Positions 55,224 to 64,000 of a stretch of 64,000 nt of DNA are shown in pieces. Below the pieces are notes generated by a model. It was not told where the DNA came from, made no database searches, and was given only the letters and a program-made list of their open reading frames with translations. The DNA is from a virus. Location of the stretch: IMG/VR virus record IMGVR_UViG_3300028536_000016, positions 6,696-70,695 of that record; one strand, written 5' to 3'. Position numbers and translations under genes: made by a program. How positions within the stretch are numbered: position 1 is the stretch's first letter; every line of letters starts with the position of its first letter.

Positions 55224-56118
55224 GTCCGTCTCTCCGATCCTGTTCGATTACCCAATTTGCCCATGCCGCTTGCCAATCAAGTTTCGCCGCACCCTTGCCG
55301 GTTGCATTGCGCCAGTGATTTTCGAATGTCTCGAAGGCGCGGCGCATCCAATCTTGGCCACGTGCATCTGCGATCTCGCCCGACACGGTATCGCGCTTCA
55401 GGGTCTCGGGCCTCCAGCCATCCGGCAGCCGCCGACCGCGTTTTGTTAACGGGGGCCTTCCAGTATCTAATATATCCCTTCCCTTCTCTTCCTTTCCCTT
55501 CTCTTCTCTTGGAGGGGTTTCGGCGCGTGACAAAGGCACTTGTTGCGCGTGACATTCTCCGTTGTTGCGCGTGACACCAAGGTTTGTTGCGCGTGACAAA
55601 TCATGCTCAAGAGGCAGATTTTCCTGTTGCATTGGCGGATTTCCGCGCTTTACAGCGGTAGGCTGTCCCGATTCCAGCCAATCTTCGAACGAAGGTGCCT
55701 CTTTTTGCTCATCGGGGTGACGAGAATTGTGCTGACGAATAGCTGAGCAGTAGGTCCGGTGGCGCTGTTTAAGCTTTGACAACCAACTGTCACGAACCTT
55801 TTCGGCCACGACGGGATGATATAAACGACCATCGCTGCACTCCACCCAGCCACGCAAAGCACCCTCCCGAATAATCTCCCACTCACGCGGTGCGCGTCCA
55901 TAACCTGCCTTACGGGCAAGGGCCCTTTCATCATTTGAGAGGCTACCAGCCGGCCTTTCGTGCCAGCTCGCACCCCACAAAAGCAGAGCCGCGATGACTG
56001 CTGCGGGTTCCTCAAATGCGACCAGGTCAGAGCCTGCAAAACGCACAACTTCAAGCGGCATGGATTTGAAATCTGTTAGGTCAGATTCTGGCGGAGTGAG
56101 AGGCGGCGGCCTATTCAT
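55060..56118 (-). CDS. Replication initiator (DUF1376/YdaU-like)
   Basis: SWHERPAGSLSNDE..LA, CSDGRLYHPVVAE, RGRRLPDGW, KLDWQAAWANW; contains iterons. Confidence 0.85.
   Translation of the reverse strand: MNRPPPLTPPESDLTDFKSMPLEVVRFAGSDLVAFEEPAAVIAALLLWGASWHERPAGSLSNDERALARKAGYGRAPREWEIIREGALRGWVECSDGRLYHPVVAEKVRDSWLSKLKQRHRTYCSAIRQHNSRHPDEQKEAPSFEDWLESGQPTAVKRGNPPMQQENLPLEHDLSRATNLGVTRNNGECHAQQVPLSRAETPPREEKGKEEKGRDILDTGRPPLTKRGRRLPDGWRPETLKRDTVSGEIADARGQDWMRRAFETFENHWRNATGKGAAKLDWQAAWANWVIEQDRRDGRGSNGHYNHQTLRGTRPDPSLDLLRAAEREIADRSRNEENHRETWLTLPPSGSG
55465..55598. repeat. Probable origin: four GCGCGTGACA iterons at 22-bp spacing plus pyrimidine and AT tracts
   Basis: Copies at 55523, 55545, 55567, 55589. 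Confidence 0.85.
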
Positions 56119-56629
56119 GGACGCCAAATCTCTTATTGGCGGCAATGCGCGCTTGGTCTACTATTGGATAAGGCACTCCACCATATTCGCCTATGGAGCC
56201 CCTAATAACTATTGAAAAATTCTGGCAATGACTTGTAATGAAAACATTATTACAGCCACATCCGGTAAATCCGACATCAATGATATATCTGCCGTGATGA
56301 TAGGCTAAAATGTTAAATTCTTCATTTGTCGATGGAGCGCCAATTGCTATCAGAACTGGACACCCCGTAGCAAGAGATAGGCGACATGCCAGTTTTTCTT
56401 CTCGAATATTAGGCTTTATGCCTTTTACTTCTAGCCAAACATTTGCCGAAGGTATCCAAAAATCAGGAAGATACCATTCTCCACCAAGATCGAAACCCTC
56501 TGGTTCGTAGGTGAAAGATACCTGGCATTCGTCAAGAAAAACGGCCCATCTCGCCTCTGTACGAGATCGATATTTTACACCTCTATATTCTGTCGGAAGT
56601 GGTTTGATCTTGTTAATCATTTCGATCAT
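56111..56629 (-). CDS. PD-(D/E)XK nuclease-like protein
   Basis: YRSRTEARWAVF..YEPEGF..YLPDF..EVKG. Confidence 0.85.
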   Translation of the reverse strand: MIEMINKIKPLPTEYRGVKYRSRTEARWAVFLDECQVSFTYEPEGFDLGGEWYLPDFWIPSANVWLEVKGIKPNIREEKLACRLSLATGCPVLIAIGAPSTNEEFNILAYHHGRYIIDVGFTGCGCNNVFITSHCQNFSIVIRGSIGEYGGVPYPIVDQARIAANKRFGVHE

Positions 56630-56918
56630 CTGACTCCGCCATCTTCAGCACGCCGTGCATAACGGTTGTGCGGTCACGGTTCATAATTTCGCCGATTTTG
56701 GTATAATTGAAACCGATCCGGCGCAGTTCAGAATAAGCCTGCCAGCGCGGCAACACGAGGCGGCGCGAACGATCGTTGCTCAATAACTCGCGTAGCGGAA
56801 TTTGATGTCGGCGCGCCACTTGCTCAACGAGCTTTTGGGCATCATCAAGCGTAGGGCCAGAAGGCTTTGGTTCTGGCTTGTAACCGCAACATGGGCAAGC
56901 TAAATCAATCTCAGTCAT
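56613..56918 (-). CDS. DnaA C-terminal-like HTH protein
   Basis: RSRRLVLPR...KIG..MNRDRTTVMHG. Confidence 0.8.
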   Translation of the reverse strand: MTEIDLACPCCGYKPEPKPSGPTLDDAQKLVEQVARRHQIPLRELLSNDRSRRLVLPRWQAYSELRRIGFNYTKIGEIMNRDRTTVMHGVLKMAESDDRND

Positions 56919-56999
56919 CGCCTAATCTCCTAGGCTTTTGATCAGGGCGGCTCGTCGCGTTCGCACCGCTTCGACCGCCCGTCTTTTCATTCCATTATT

Positions 57000-57398
57000 T
57001 CAGATCAATGGCAAGTGGGCATCCACACGCTTTAATAATTTATCCACATCATTAATAAGCCCATGCTCCCGCGCCGCCGCAAAAAACGCCACCCTCCCCA
57101 TCCCCAGATCCACCCCATGGCGAATCCCATAGCGGATCAACGCGCCCCGCAGCTCATAGCTGGCATCGCACGCAATACCCGTGGTTTCATTGTCGCGATG
57201 CTCGATCGGATCGGCGATGACCTGCGGCACCCTAGGCTGAAGGATCACGCCCTTGCGCCTCAGTGCGGCGATGCGTCCGTGAAGGGCGGCCAGACTGATT
57301 TCGCCAAAGAGATGGATTTGCATCTGGCGTGTCGTCATACCGCGCCGATATGCGCCGGCCAGAACGCGATCGTCGTCCTCGGTCCATTTGCTGATCAT
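57000..57398 (-). CDS. GcrA-like N-terminal HTH protein
   Basis: WTEDDDRVL...G.T..QM...SLAALHGRIAALR. Confidence 0.6.
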   Translation of the reverse strand: MISKWTEDDDRVLAGAYRRGMTTRQMQIHLFGEISLAALHGRIAALRRKGVILQPRVPQVIADPIEHRDNETTGIACDASYELRGALIRYGIRHGVDLGMGRVAFFAAAREHGLINDVDKLLKRVDAHLPLI

Positions 57399-57961
57399 GC
57401 CCCGTCCTTCGCCAGCGCCCGCGAGACCGCCTCTTCTAGACGCGTCAGGGGCTTGGCAGATGGTTTGCGGCGCGGTTTGGCGGCCGTCAACTTGTCATCG
57501 GCAATACGGGCTTCCAAGCGGCGCTGGCCCGGCGTGGCGGGAACATCGAGCTGTTCGATATGCCAGATCGTGACATCGGTGCGCTCGGGATGGCCATAAC
57601 GCTTTCGGCACATCAACTCAGCGACCTGGCAATCATCCATGAATGCAATCCCGTTCAGCGCATCCAGCAAATTCTTTTCGAGATTGTCCAAATCAGGACG
57701 TGAGACGTGGAAAATCTCACCGCGTTGGGCGGCTTCTTTCAAGGCCGGCGACCAAGATGCGGGAATGGCATAGATCGCCATCATCTGGATTCGCACCGGT
57801 CCCGTGATAGGCCCCTGCGTTCCCATCGCGCGCCTGCACTCGGTCGATATCGCCTGTTTGGCCACCTTCATCTTTTTGGGCGTGAAACGTCTTTCGCCAC
57901 TTGAGCCTGCGCGCATCCACGCCGTTGGGCGGCCGGGGATCGAGAATATAATCTTGGTCAT
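57395..57961 (-). CDS. rusA: RusA-family Holliday junction resolvase
   Basis: RPDLDNLEKNLLDALNGIAFMDDCQV. Confidence 0.9.
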   Translation of the reverse strand: MTKIIFSIPGRPTAWMRAGSSGERRFTPKKMKVAKQAISTECRRAMGTQGPITGPVRIQMMAIYAIPASWSPALKEAAQRGEIFHVSRPDLDNLEKNLLDALNGIAFMDDCQVAELMCRKRYGHPERTDVTIWHIEQLDVPATPGQRRLEARIADDKLTAAKPRRKPSAKPLTRLEEAVSRALAKDGA

Positions 57962-58506
57962 TAGTACGCCTGCATCTTGTCGCGCCGTTGCCGTTCAATC
58001 TGCTTGCGCATGATCTCGGCAATCGCTTCGCGGGCTTGCTCAACAGGATTGGGCTCGGGTCGAATGCTCGCCTCGATGATGGCGCGCGCCTCGGCCGCCG
58101 ACAGCCCCTTGCGCCGTATCAAATCGCGATAATGTTGCCGTTGATCGACCGGACACCAGCCCAGTCGAGTTTCCGTAACCGCAGCTCCGCGCTTGGCCTT
58201 GGCACTGGGTGTCACCATAGTGGCACGGATTTCAGGACTGGACAGGATATCGCGCTGCAACCGCCGGCCATTCTCACGCTGCCATGCTTTGAAATCTGGG
58301 TTCTGCATCGCAATGGCGTGCGAGACACGCATTTGCGCCGCTAATTTTGCTTTGGTTTCGGGTTGTGCCAAATAGGTTTGCTGCGCGCTACGCCGCCGGG
58401 CATCGATCGCCGGATCTGTGCGCAATCGAATGGCGGAACAGGATCGGCAATGAGAGGTGGGCTTAGCTGCCTTGCACGCCTGAATGTTCAAACAATAGGA
58501 TCTCAT
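57961..58506 (-). CDS. Basic DNA-binding-like protein
   Basis: CRSC; WCP...YRDL..KG.SAAEARAII. Confidence 0.65.
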   Translation of the reverse strand: MRSYCLNIQACKAAKPTSHCRSCSAIRLRTDPAIDARRRSAQQTYLAQPETKAKLAAQMRVSHAIAMQNPDFKAWQRENGRRLQRDILSSPEIRATMVTPSAKAKRGAAVTETRLGWCPVDQRQHYRDLIRRKGLSAAEARAIIEASIRPEPNPVEQAREAIAEIMRKQIERQRRDKMQAY

Positions 58507-58823
58507 GCTGTTATCGGTGCCTTTATGGTGCGTCTGATCAGAGCTTCGAAGGATGCTTCTGCGGGTTCGTGAATGTGAAGGATCTTTCTGAAATTGCCGG
58601 CGAAATAGCTTTGCAGAGGACAGGCAAAAACCAAATAGGATTTTTGCTTAAATCTTGGGCGATAAAAACGAATCGATGTTACACGCCGAATCTCGCCCAG
58701 CACGGGTGGTCGTTCGTTCAGTCCGCGTGGATAATTGCCCCATTGGTCATTGATACATTCAGCTAGATCGCCGACAGACCATGCCATTTTGCCCCTCCTG
58801 ATTATGGCGCCCATCCATCGCAC
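58503..58823 (-). CDS. Hypothetical protein (start uncertain)
   Basis: WSVGDLAECI motif. Confidence 0.6.
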   Translation of the reverse strand: MRWMGAIIRRGKMAWSVGDLAECINDQWGNYPRGLNERPPVLGEIRRVTSIRFYRPRFKQKSYLVFACPLQSYFAGNFRKILHIHEPAEASFEALIRRTIKAPITA

Positions 58824-58838
58824 GAATGAGCGAACAAA

Positions 58839-60017
58839 TCAGGTGATTTCGGCCGTGGCCTCATGCTCGATCGCCAGTTCCACGGCACGCCCCTCATCCC
58901 AGCGGCCGGCGACATTCTTGTCATCGGTCCACGCATCGGTCTCCGCCGTCAGCCATACCTGCTCAACCGGATCATAGACGACGTGCGTGGCGGCAGGTTC
59001 GTCCTCCACGATCTCATCATCTTCCTCGACGCCGCCGAAACCTGCATCGGATGCACCGTCACCCGCCAGATCGGTATCGTCACCGGGATGATCGGGATTC
59101 GGGTCCGTGTCGGCGATGCCGTATTCGCGCTTGCGTTTCTCGACGGCGGTTTCCTCGGCATCGGCAAAGGCAAGCTCCGGTTCCTCCGCCTCCACGGCCT
59201 CGCGCTTCACGCGATCATAGGCGCTCCAGTCGGCTGGGACGATGATCACGTCCTGCCGCAGGCTGTCGTGCAGCGCGTTTTCGTCCTCGCGTGACGTGGT
59301 GGCGACATTGACCTCCATCGTCAGCGTCATCTTTGCTCCGTCCGAACCGAGCTTCTTGAAATGCGCCGGGATGGAGGGGCGGTTCTTCGCCGCGACCGCG
59401 ATTACCATTTCCTGGATGATCTTCCGGCCTGCATAGTCGATTGCGGTGACGATATCGCGCTGTTCGGCCGGCGGCATCGCGACCCATGGTGAGCGACGAT
59501 TCCGAAACAATTCCAAGACTACGTCACGGAAGCTGCCAAGCAGTGCGGACTGGTCTGCGATATAGGCGTCGGCGATGTCAGAGAGGTGGTCGAGGTTCGC
59601 CTCATGGCCACGGTGCGTGCGGTCGGAAAGGTCATCAGAAGCGGTGTCGGCAGATGCCTCAACAGGGTCGGAAACGGCGGTTTCCTGCGAATCAGAGATG
59701 GTGCTCTCATCGGTCATATCGGCTTCCTCGCCGACAGGATCCGGTCCCGGCGTGTTATCTGCCTTGGGCGGACGGCCACGCTTTTTCTTCTCGGCCTTAT
59801 GGTCCTCCGATAGGCCCACAGCTAATTCGGCAAATACATTATCGTCCGACATTATTTTCTCCATGGTTGAAATATCAGCATATTCGCCGTCGCGATCGGC
59901 TTGTGCGTGCAGAAGCGCTTCGCCTATTCCGATGTCGGATTGCTGGGCGGCATGTTCGGTTGGGGTGCCGGTTCGGATCAGAGTTAGGAATTGGCGGAGT
60001 TGGGTTGAGCCTTTCAT
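58839..60017 (-). CDS. Acidic modular phage protein
   Basis: Long ORF; KKKRGRPPK AT-hook-like segment. Confidence 0.7.
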   Translation of the reverse strand: MKGSTQLRQFLTLIRTGTPTEHAAQQSDIGIGEALLHAQADRDGEYADISTMEKIMSDDNVFAELAVGLSEDHKAEKKKRGRPPKADNTPGPDPVGEEADMTDESTISDSQETAVSDPVEASADTASDDLSDRTHRGHEANLDHLSDIADAYIADQSALLGSFRDVVLELFRNRRSPWVAMPPAEQRDIVTAIDYAGRKIIQEMVIAVAAKNRPSIPAHFKKLGSDGAKMTLTMEVNVATTSREDENALHDSLRQDVIIVPADWSAYDRVKREAVEAEEPELAFADAEETAVEKRKREYGIADTDPNPDHPGDDTDLAGDGASDAGFGGVEEDDEIVEDEPAATHVVYDPVEQVWLTAETDAWTDDKNVAGRWDEGRAVELAIEHEATAEIT

Positions 60018-60665
60018 GCGAACAGCCTTCCTTGTCGCAGTGCGGCCTCGATTCTCCGGCAAGCGATGTCGAAATAGCCCTCATCCAACTCAACGCCGAT
60101 GGACGGACGGCCAAGTTCGTTAGCTGCGATGATCGTTGCGGCGGATCCCATAAAGGGATCTACTATGGTGCCGCGCGTCCATTCAATGATAGCACGCATC
60201 AGTTGCACGGGCTTCTCGGTCGGATGATGCTCATTACCGGTTCGTGGTGCCCGAATGACATCGGCCGGACGCGCTCTGGGAAAATCGTGCTGCGGGCCGG
60301 GATAGAATAGGATGCTCTCGGTTTGACGCCCATGCTCATGTTCAAGATCGCCCATTGAGTGATTGTCCTTGACCCAAGTCACCAAAGATTTTGGCTTCGG
60401 CACGGCAGTAAGATTATCCCATCTACAGAATAGATAAGAGGAATGAGAAGGCCTTAGACCGCATGCCCAAAGCAATAACTCATCATCCTTGTCGTTTGCG
60501 ATGGCAGCGTGCTTTTCGATTCGATAGTTTGAACGGAATGCCATTCCAAATGGCGGATCAGAGACTACGGCCCACATACCAAGCCCCCCCCCCTGCTATG
60601 TCAACCACATCGCGGCAATCGGCTAAATGCAGGGTTGCAAGACCGATGGTCTCGATGCGGCTCAT
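60014..60665 (-). pseudogene. N4/N6 DNA methyltransferase frameshifted at a G10 tract
   Basis: MSRIETIG.ATLHLADC N-terminus is out of frame with SDPPF...HPTEKP...DPFMGS; G9 would restore the frame. Confidence 0.85.
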
Positions 60666-61378
60666 CCGAACAAAACTCCTTGGCGTTGTGCATCTTCGAT
60701 GCGCTTGCAGGCGACTGAGAACCATTTTTCGCACTGCTCTATGCCAATGAAACGACGTCCCTCAAGCATTGCGGCCACCCCTGTCGTCCCACTTCCCATG
60801 AAAGCATCGCAGATCATCTGATCCGGATTGCTGTAGAGAGCGACAAGTTCGCGCATTAATCGCACGGGCTTTTCCGTAGGATGGCCGCCGGGCCGATCGC
60901 CGTTGACGTTGTGCGTGAAGACCCCACGACGTCCCCCCCCGTTCCATGAGCGATATCCCGGCGCACACCATGCGGTAACGGCGCACTCAAAACCGCGCGC
61001 AGCGCCTTGGCCGTTGAAACGCGGGGCAGAGTCTGGCTTCACCCAAGCAAGGCAGGTATCGTATTTCGCGCCCGCTGCCTGCAGATCGTCACGCCATGCT
61101 CGCACACCCTCGGCTAGAGTAAACAGGATAACCCAACCATTCGACGTCTCTACACAGAGTTTTGCGATGTCCGATCGCACGGCGTTGATGCCCGCGAAGC
61201 CAATATCTTCGATCATGGCCTGCCCATCGTTTCGCCGGATGCGGCCAATCGCGGCGTGCAGCTCGTCCTCATAAGGCGGGTCGCTGATGATATGGTCAAC
61301 GCCCTGAATCGTCTGCAGAATATCCAGACAGTTGCCAAGATACAGCGTCGCATTGCCAATCACTTCCGTGCGGATCAT
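60662..61378 (-). CDS. N4/N6 DNA methyltransferase
   Basis: SDPPY, HPTEKP, DAFMGSGTTG. Confidence 0.92.
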   Translation of the reverse strand: MIRTEVIGNATLYLGNCLDILQTIQGVDHIISDPPYEDELHAAIGRIRRNDGQAMIEDIGFAGINAVRSDIAKLCVETSNGWVILFTLAEGVRAWRDDLQAAGAKYDTCLAWVKPDSAPRFNGQGAARGFECAVTAWCAPGYRSWNGGGRRGVFTHNVNGDRPGGHPTEKPVRLMRELVALYSNPDQMICDAFMGSGTTGVAAMLEGRRFIGIEQCEKWFSVACKRIEDAQRQGVLFG

Positions 61379-61560
61379 GCCAGCCATGCCTCGGTCTTGA
61401 CGGCTCCGCGCGTCGCAATCTCAATCTGATGAGCCATTTCTAGCGATGGCCTCAGTTTTCCACTGACAAGACGCGAAACCGTCGCAGGCGTTGTTCCAAG
61501 CGTGAGAGCAAAATCGCGCTGCTTGATGCGGCGCTCCGCCAAATATGATTTGAGGTTCAT
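61375..61560 (-). CDS. Cro-like HTH repressor
   Basis: FALTLGTTPATVSRLVSGKLRPS..IEIATRGAV. Confidence 0.85.
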   Translation of the reverse strand: MNLKSYLAERRIKQRDFALTLGTTPATVSRLVSGKLRPSLEMAHQIEIATRGAVKTEAWLA

Positions 61561-61573
61561 AATCCACCACCTA

Positions 61574-61640
61574 AAGCGCTAAAATAAATTACGCAACATG
61601 CAATTTTAGCGCTTGCAACTCGAACGCCCATCGGGCATCA
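61574..61640. promoter_or_regulatory. Divergent early control region with perfect 12-bp inverted repeat
   Basis: AAGCGCTAAAAT (61574-85) / ATTTTAGCGCTT (61603-14). Confidence 0.7.
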
Positions 61641-61683
61641 ATGCCTCATCGAAACCGGAACAACCGATCGAGGAACAGCCAAG

Positions 61684-61923
61684 ATGCTTATCGCCATCCC
61701 AGCCGGAACTGATCTCCGCTCATCTCCTGAGCACTATGATGCGAAGACTGAGCGCATGGTTGAGGATTTCCGTGCTCGCTACGCCAAGATCGACGCCGCT
61801 TACGGAGATCGCGCTGCCGCAACGATACGGAATATATGTGCGATCTGGCGCCCAGCCTTGGTGAAGGACGATATGCCGGGCGTCAGCGCCCTCAACGAAA
61901 AACTGGCAGGAGTGAAACTATAA
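61684..61923 (+). CDS. Hypothetical early protein
   Basis: RBS GAGGA; first gene of the rightward arm. Confidence 0.6.
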   Translation: MLIAIPAGTDLRSSPEHYDAKTERMVEDFRARYAKIDAAYGDRAAATIRNICAIWRPALVKDDMPGVSALNEKLAGVKL

Positions 61924-62192
61924 TGTTCGTCACCAAGAAACGCTACGATGTGGCGCGCGCCCATGCTGATTATGCCTCTTCGGTATCAAAGGGGCTGGCT
62001 GAAAAACTCGATAAGGTTTCGACTGAACTGGAGAAATTGCGCAATGCTCACCGCGCACTCGGTTCGGCCGCTTTCGATTCTCAGCAGCTCGCCAAGGCGC
62101 TCCAGATTGAACTGGACACCATCAAGAATCAGCGCCTCGCCAATCTGGCAAACGCCAACGCTAAGCGCCGGGCAGCAAAGGAGAAAGCGTGA
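61923..62192 (+). CDS. Coiled-coil protein
   Basis: RBS AGGAG; MFVTKKRYD... Confidence 0.65.
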   Translation: MFVTKKRYDVARAHADYASSVSKGLAEKLDKVSTELEKLRNAHRALGSAAFDSQQLAKALQIELDTIKNQRLANLANANAKRRAAKEKA

Positions 62193-62539
62193 TGTTTGCG
62201 ACCATCTATGGCGCCAACAGTCCGCTGGCCCGCTGCAGCAGGTGCGGGAGTCAAAAGCAATTCCATGGTCGCGTAGGTCACTACTGCACCAACTTCACCG
62301 CCGAGACCATCCACGACATCGACGCGCCGGATCTGAACAACGCCGACCTGTATCGGGCCATCTCGTGGGCGGACAAGCGCTATGGCGAACTGACGGCCGG
62401 GAGCGCATCCGATCCCGAATGGGACGAGGCTGAGGAGCATAGCGACCGCGCCAAGGCCTGCCGTGCTGAATTGCAGGCCCGCGTCAAGGCGACGTTCGGG
62501 CTGGAATGGGACGCGCTCATGCGGGTGATGGAGGGATGA
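62189..62539 (+). CDS. Hypothetical protein
   Basis: CSRC; coupled ORF. Confidence 0.6.
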   Translation: MMFATIYGANSPLARCSRCGSQKQFHGRVGHYCTNFTAETIHDIDAPDLNNADLYRAISWADKRYGELTAGSASDPEWDEAEEHSDRAKACRAELQARVKATFGLEWDALMRVMEG

Positions 62540-62742
62540 CCGTGCCCCAACCCATCGAGCCCACGGCTAAGCAGCCCGGCGATCTGATTTTGACTTCTCA
62601 GGGATTGGTACGGGTCCAGCCGGACGGCAGCACGCGGCCTTGGAAGCGCACGAGACGACATCCGGCGCAATCATGCGTGATCGGCCAGTAGTCGTCCCCA
62701 CCAACTGCTGGCCGCACCCCATAATTTCACAAGGAGGCATAA

Positions 62743-63123
62743 ATGATTGACATCAATTCTCTCACTATCGGACAGGCGAAAGAGCTGGCCACGTTGCTCG
62801 CACCTATTGCGTTTTCCGCTCCCATCGCGCCAGATGATGGTGAGGTCACGCCAGTCGTCGTCTGCACAGACAAGCGCGGCGTTGTGTTCGGCTATACCAC
62901 GAACGCCCACGCTCGCCCGATCGTTCTGACAACGGCCCGTATGTGCCTCTACTGGTCGAGCGATGTCGGTGGCGTGTTCGGCCTCGCCGAGAAGGGGCCA
63001 ACCAAAGATTGCAAGATCAGCGCAACCGCACCGAAACTCTCGCTTGAGGGCGTGACGGCAGTTTTCGAGGTTGATCCTATCGCAGAGAAAGCGTGGGCCA
63101 AGGCTCCCGTCCAAGGCCGCTAA
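62743..63123 (+). CDS. Conserved phage protein (DUF6948-like)
   Basis: INSLTIGQAKEL, VVVCTDKRGVVFG, GLAEKGP; RBS AAGGAGG; such genes usually precede GYG-repeat genes. Confidence 0.75.
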   Translation: MIDINSLTIGQAKELATLLAPIAFSAPIAPDDGEVTPVVVCTDKRGVVFGYTTNAHARPIVLTTARMCLYWSSDVGGVFGLAEKGPTKDCKISATAPKLSLEGVTAVFEVDPIAEKAWAKAPVQGR

Positions 63124-63124
63124 A

Positions 63125-63204
63125 ATGGCGCGCGTGCTTAGCGGCGTCGCGGATGCGACGTTCGCCGGGGACGGGTACGGGTACGGGTACGGGTACGGGG
63201 GGGG
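63125..63204 (+). CDS. Start of a Gly-Tyr/Asp repeat protein, truncated at the junction
   Basis: MARVLSGVADATFAGDGYGYGYGYG; (ACGGGT)4 then G8. Confidence 0.6.
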
Positions 63205-63455
63205 CCTCGGAAACGGGACGGATTGCGATGTTCACGAACGGGTCTCTCTTTCGATCCGCTGCAAGACGACATGCGCCAGCCAAGGGCAATGCCCATGGGC
63301 GGTCGTCGAATGCTGCGGTGGTTGGTGGTGGCTGCCCCTGCGAAACCGCTCAGCCGCCAAACGCTGCCAACCGGTCCTGGCGCGCTCCAGACTGGTTCTG
63401 GACGCGGGACGTGACCTCTATGCAGGGGTATTGATGCGCCATCAGCCCCGGCAAG

Positions 63456-64000
<545 letters not shown>

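Larger units (their letters stand above)
1..63200. mobile_element. Near-complete tailed dsDNA phage genome (contractile tail), circularly permuted
   Basis: terS/terL, portal, capsid, sheath, tube, baseplate, tape measure, lysis, replication and recombination modules in phage order; tightly coupled ATGA/GTGA overlaps. Confidence 0.95.

Noticed and set aside
60933-60940. G8 tract in the upstream MTase as an independent phase switch
   Set aside because: In frame, encodes the WNGGG motif, and is short; noted only as context

Overview
Positions 1 to ~63200 are a nearly complete, circularly permuted genome of a tailed dsDNA phage with a contractile tail. The host is probably an alphaproteobacterium (inferred from GcrA-like, DUF3309 and SleB-like genes and the promoter style). 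Layout: a rightward early/accessory arm (RecE end, RecT, DUF5131, SLOG, PAPS-reductase-like, Dam-type MTase, Lar; 1-16.7 kb), then a long leftward late arm (appendage proteins, lysis, baseplate, tape measure, tube/sheath, capsid, NUDIX-DUF2213 fusion, MuF-like head protein, portal, terL/terS; 16.7-53.5 kb), a leftward replication arm (initiator with 4 iterons, RusA, two MTases, Cro; 54-61.6 kb) and the start of the rightward arm (61.7-63.2 kb). No integrase, CI repressor, tRNA or CRISPR array was seen. At a (ACGGGT)n/G8 repeat near 63200 the sequence switches to a more GC-rich bacterial fumarase locus, probably an assembly chimera. Best leads: (1) a ~500-nt non-coding, densely nested structured RNA candidate at 43.1-43.6 kb, inside a 4.6-kb island that splits the head module and also holds a rearranged-RuvC TnpB and mini-proteins resembling isolated virion motifs; (2) tailspike/fibre-type proteins with Sec signal peptides; (3) a DNA methyltransferase frameshifted at a G10 tract (possible phase variation); (4) a NUDIX-DUF2213 head-maturation fusion. 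All family calls come from motif recognition by eye; no searches were run.
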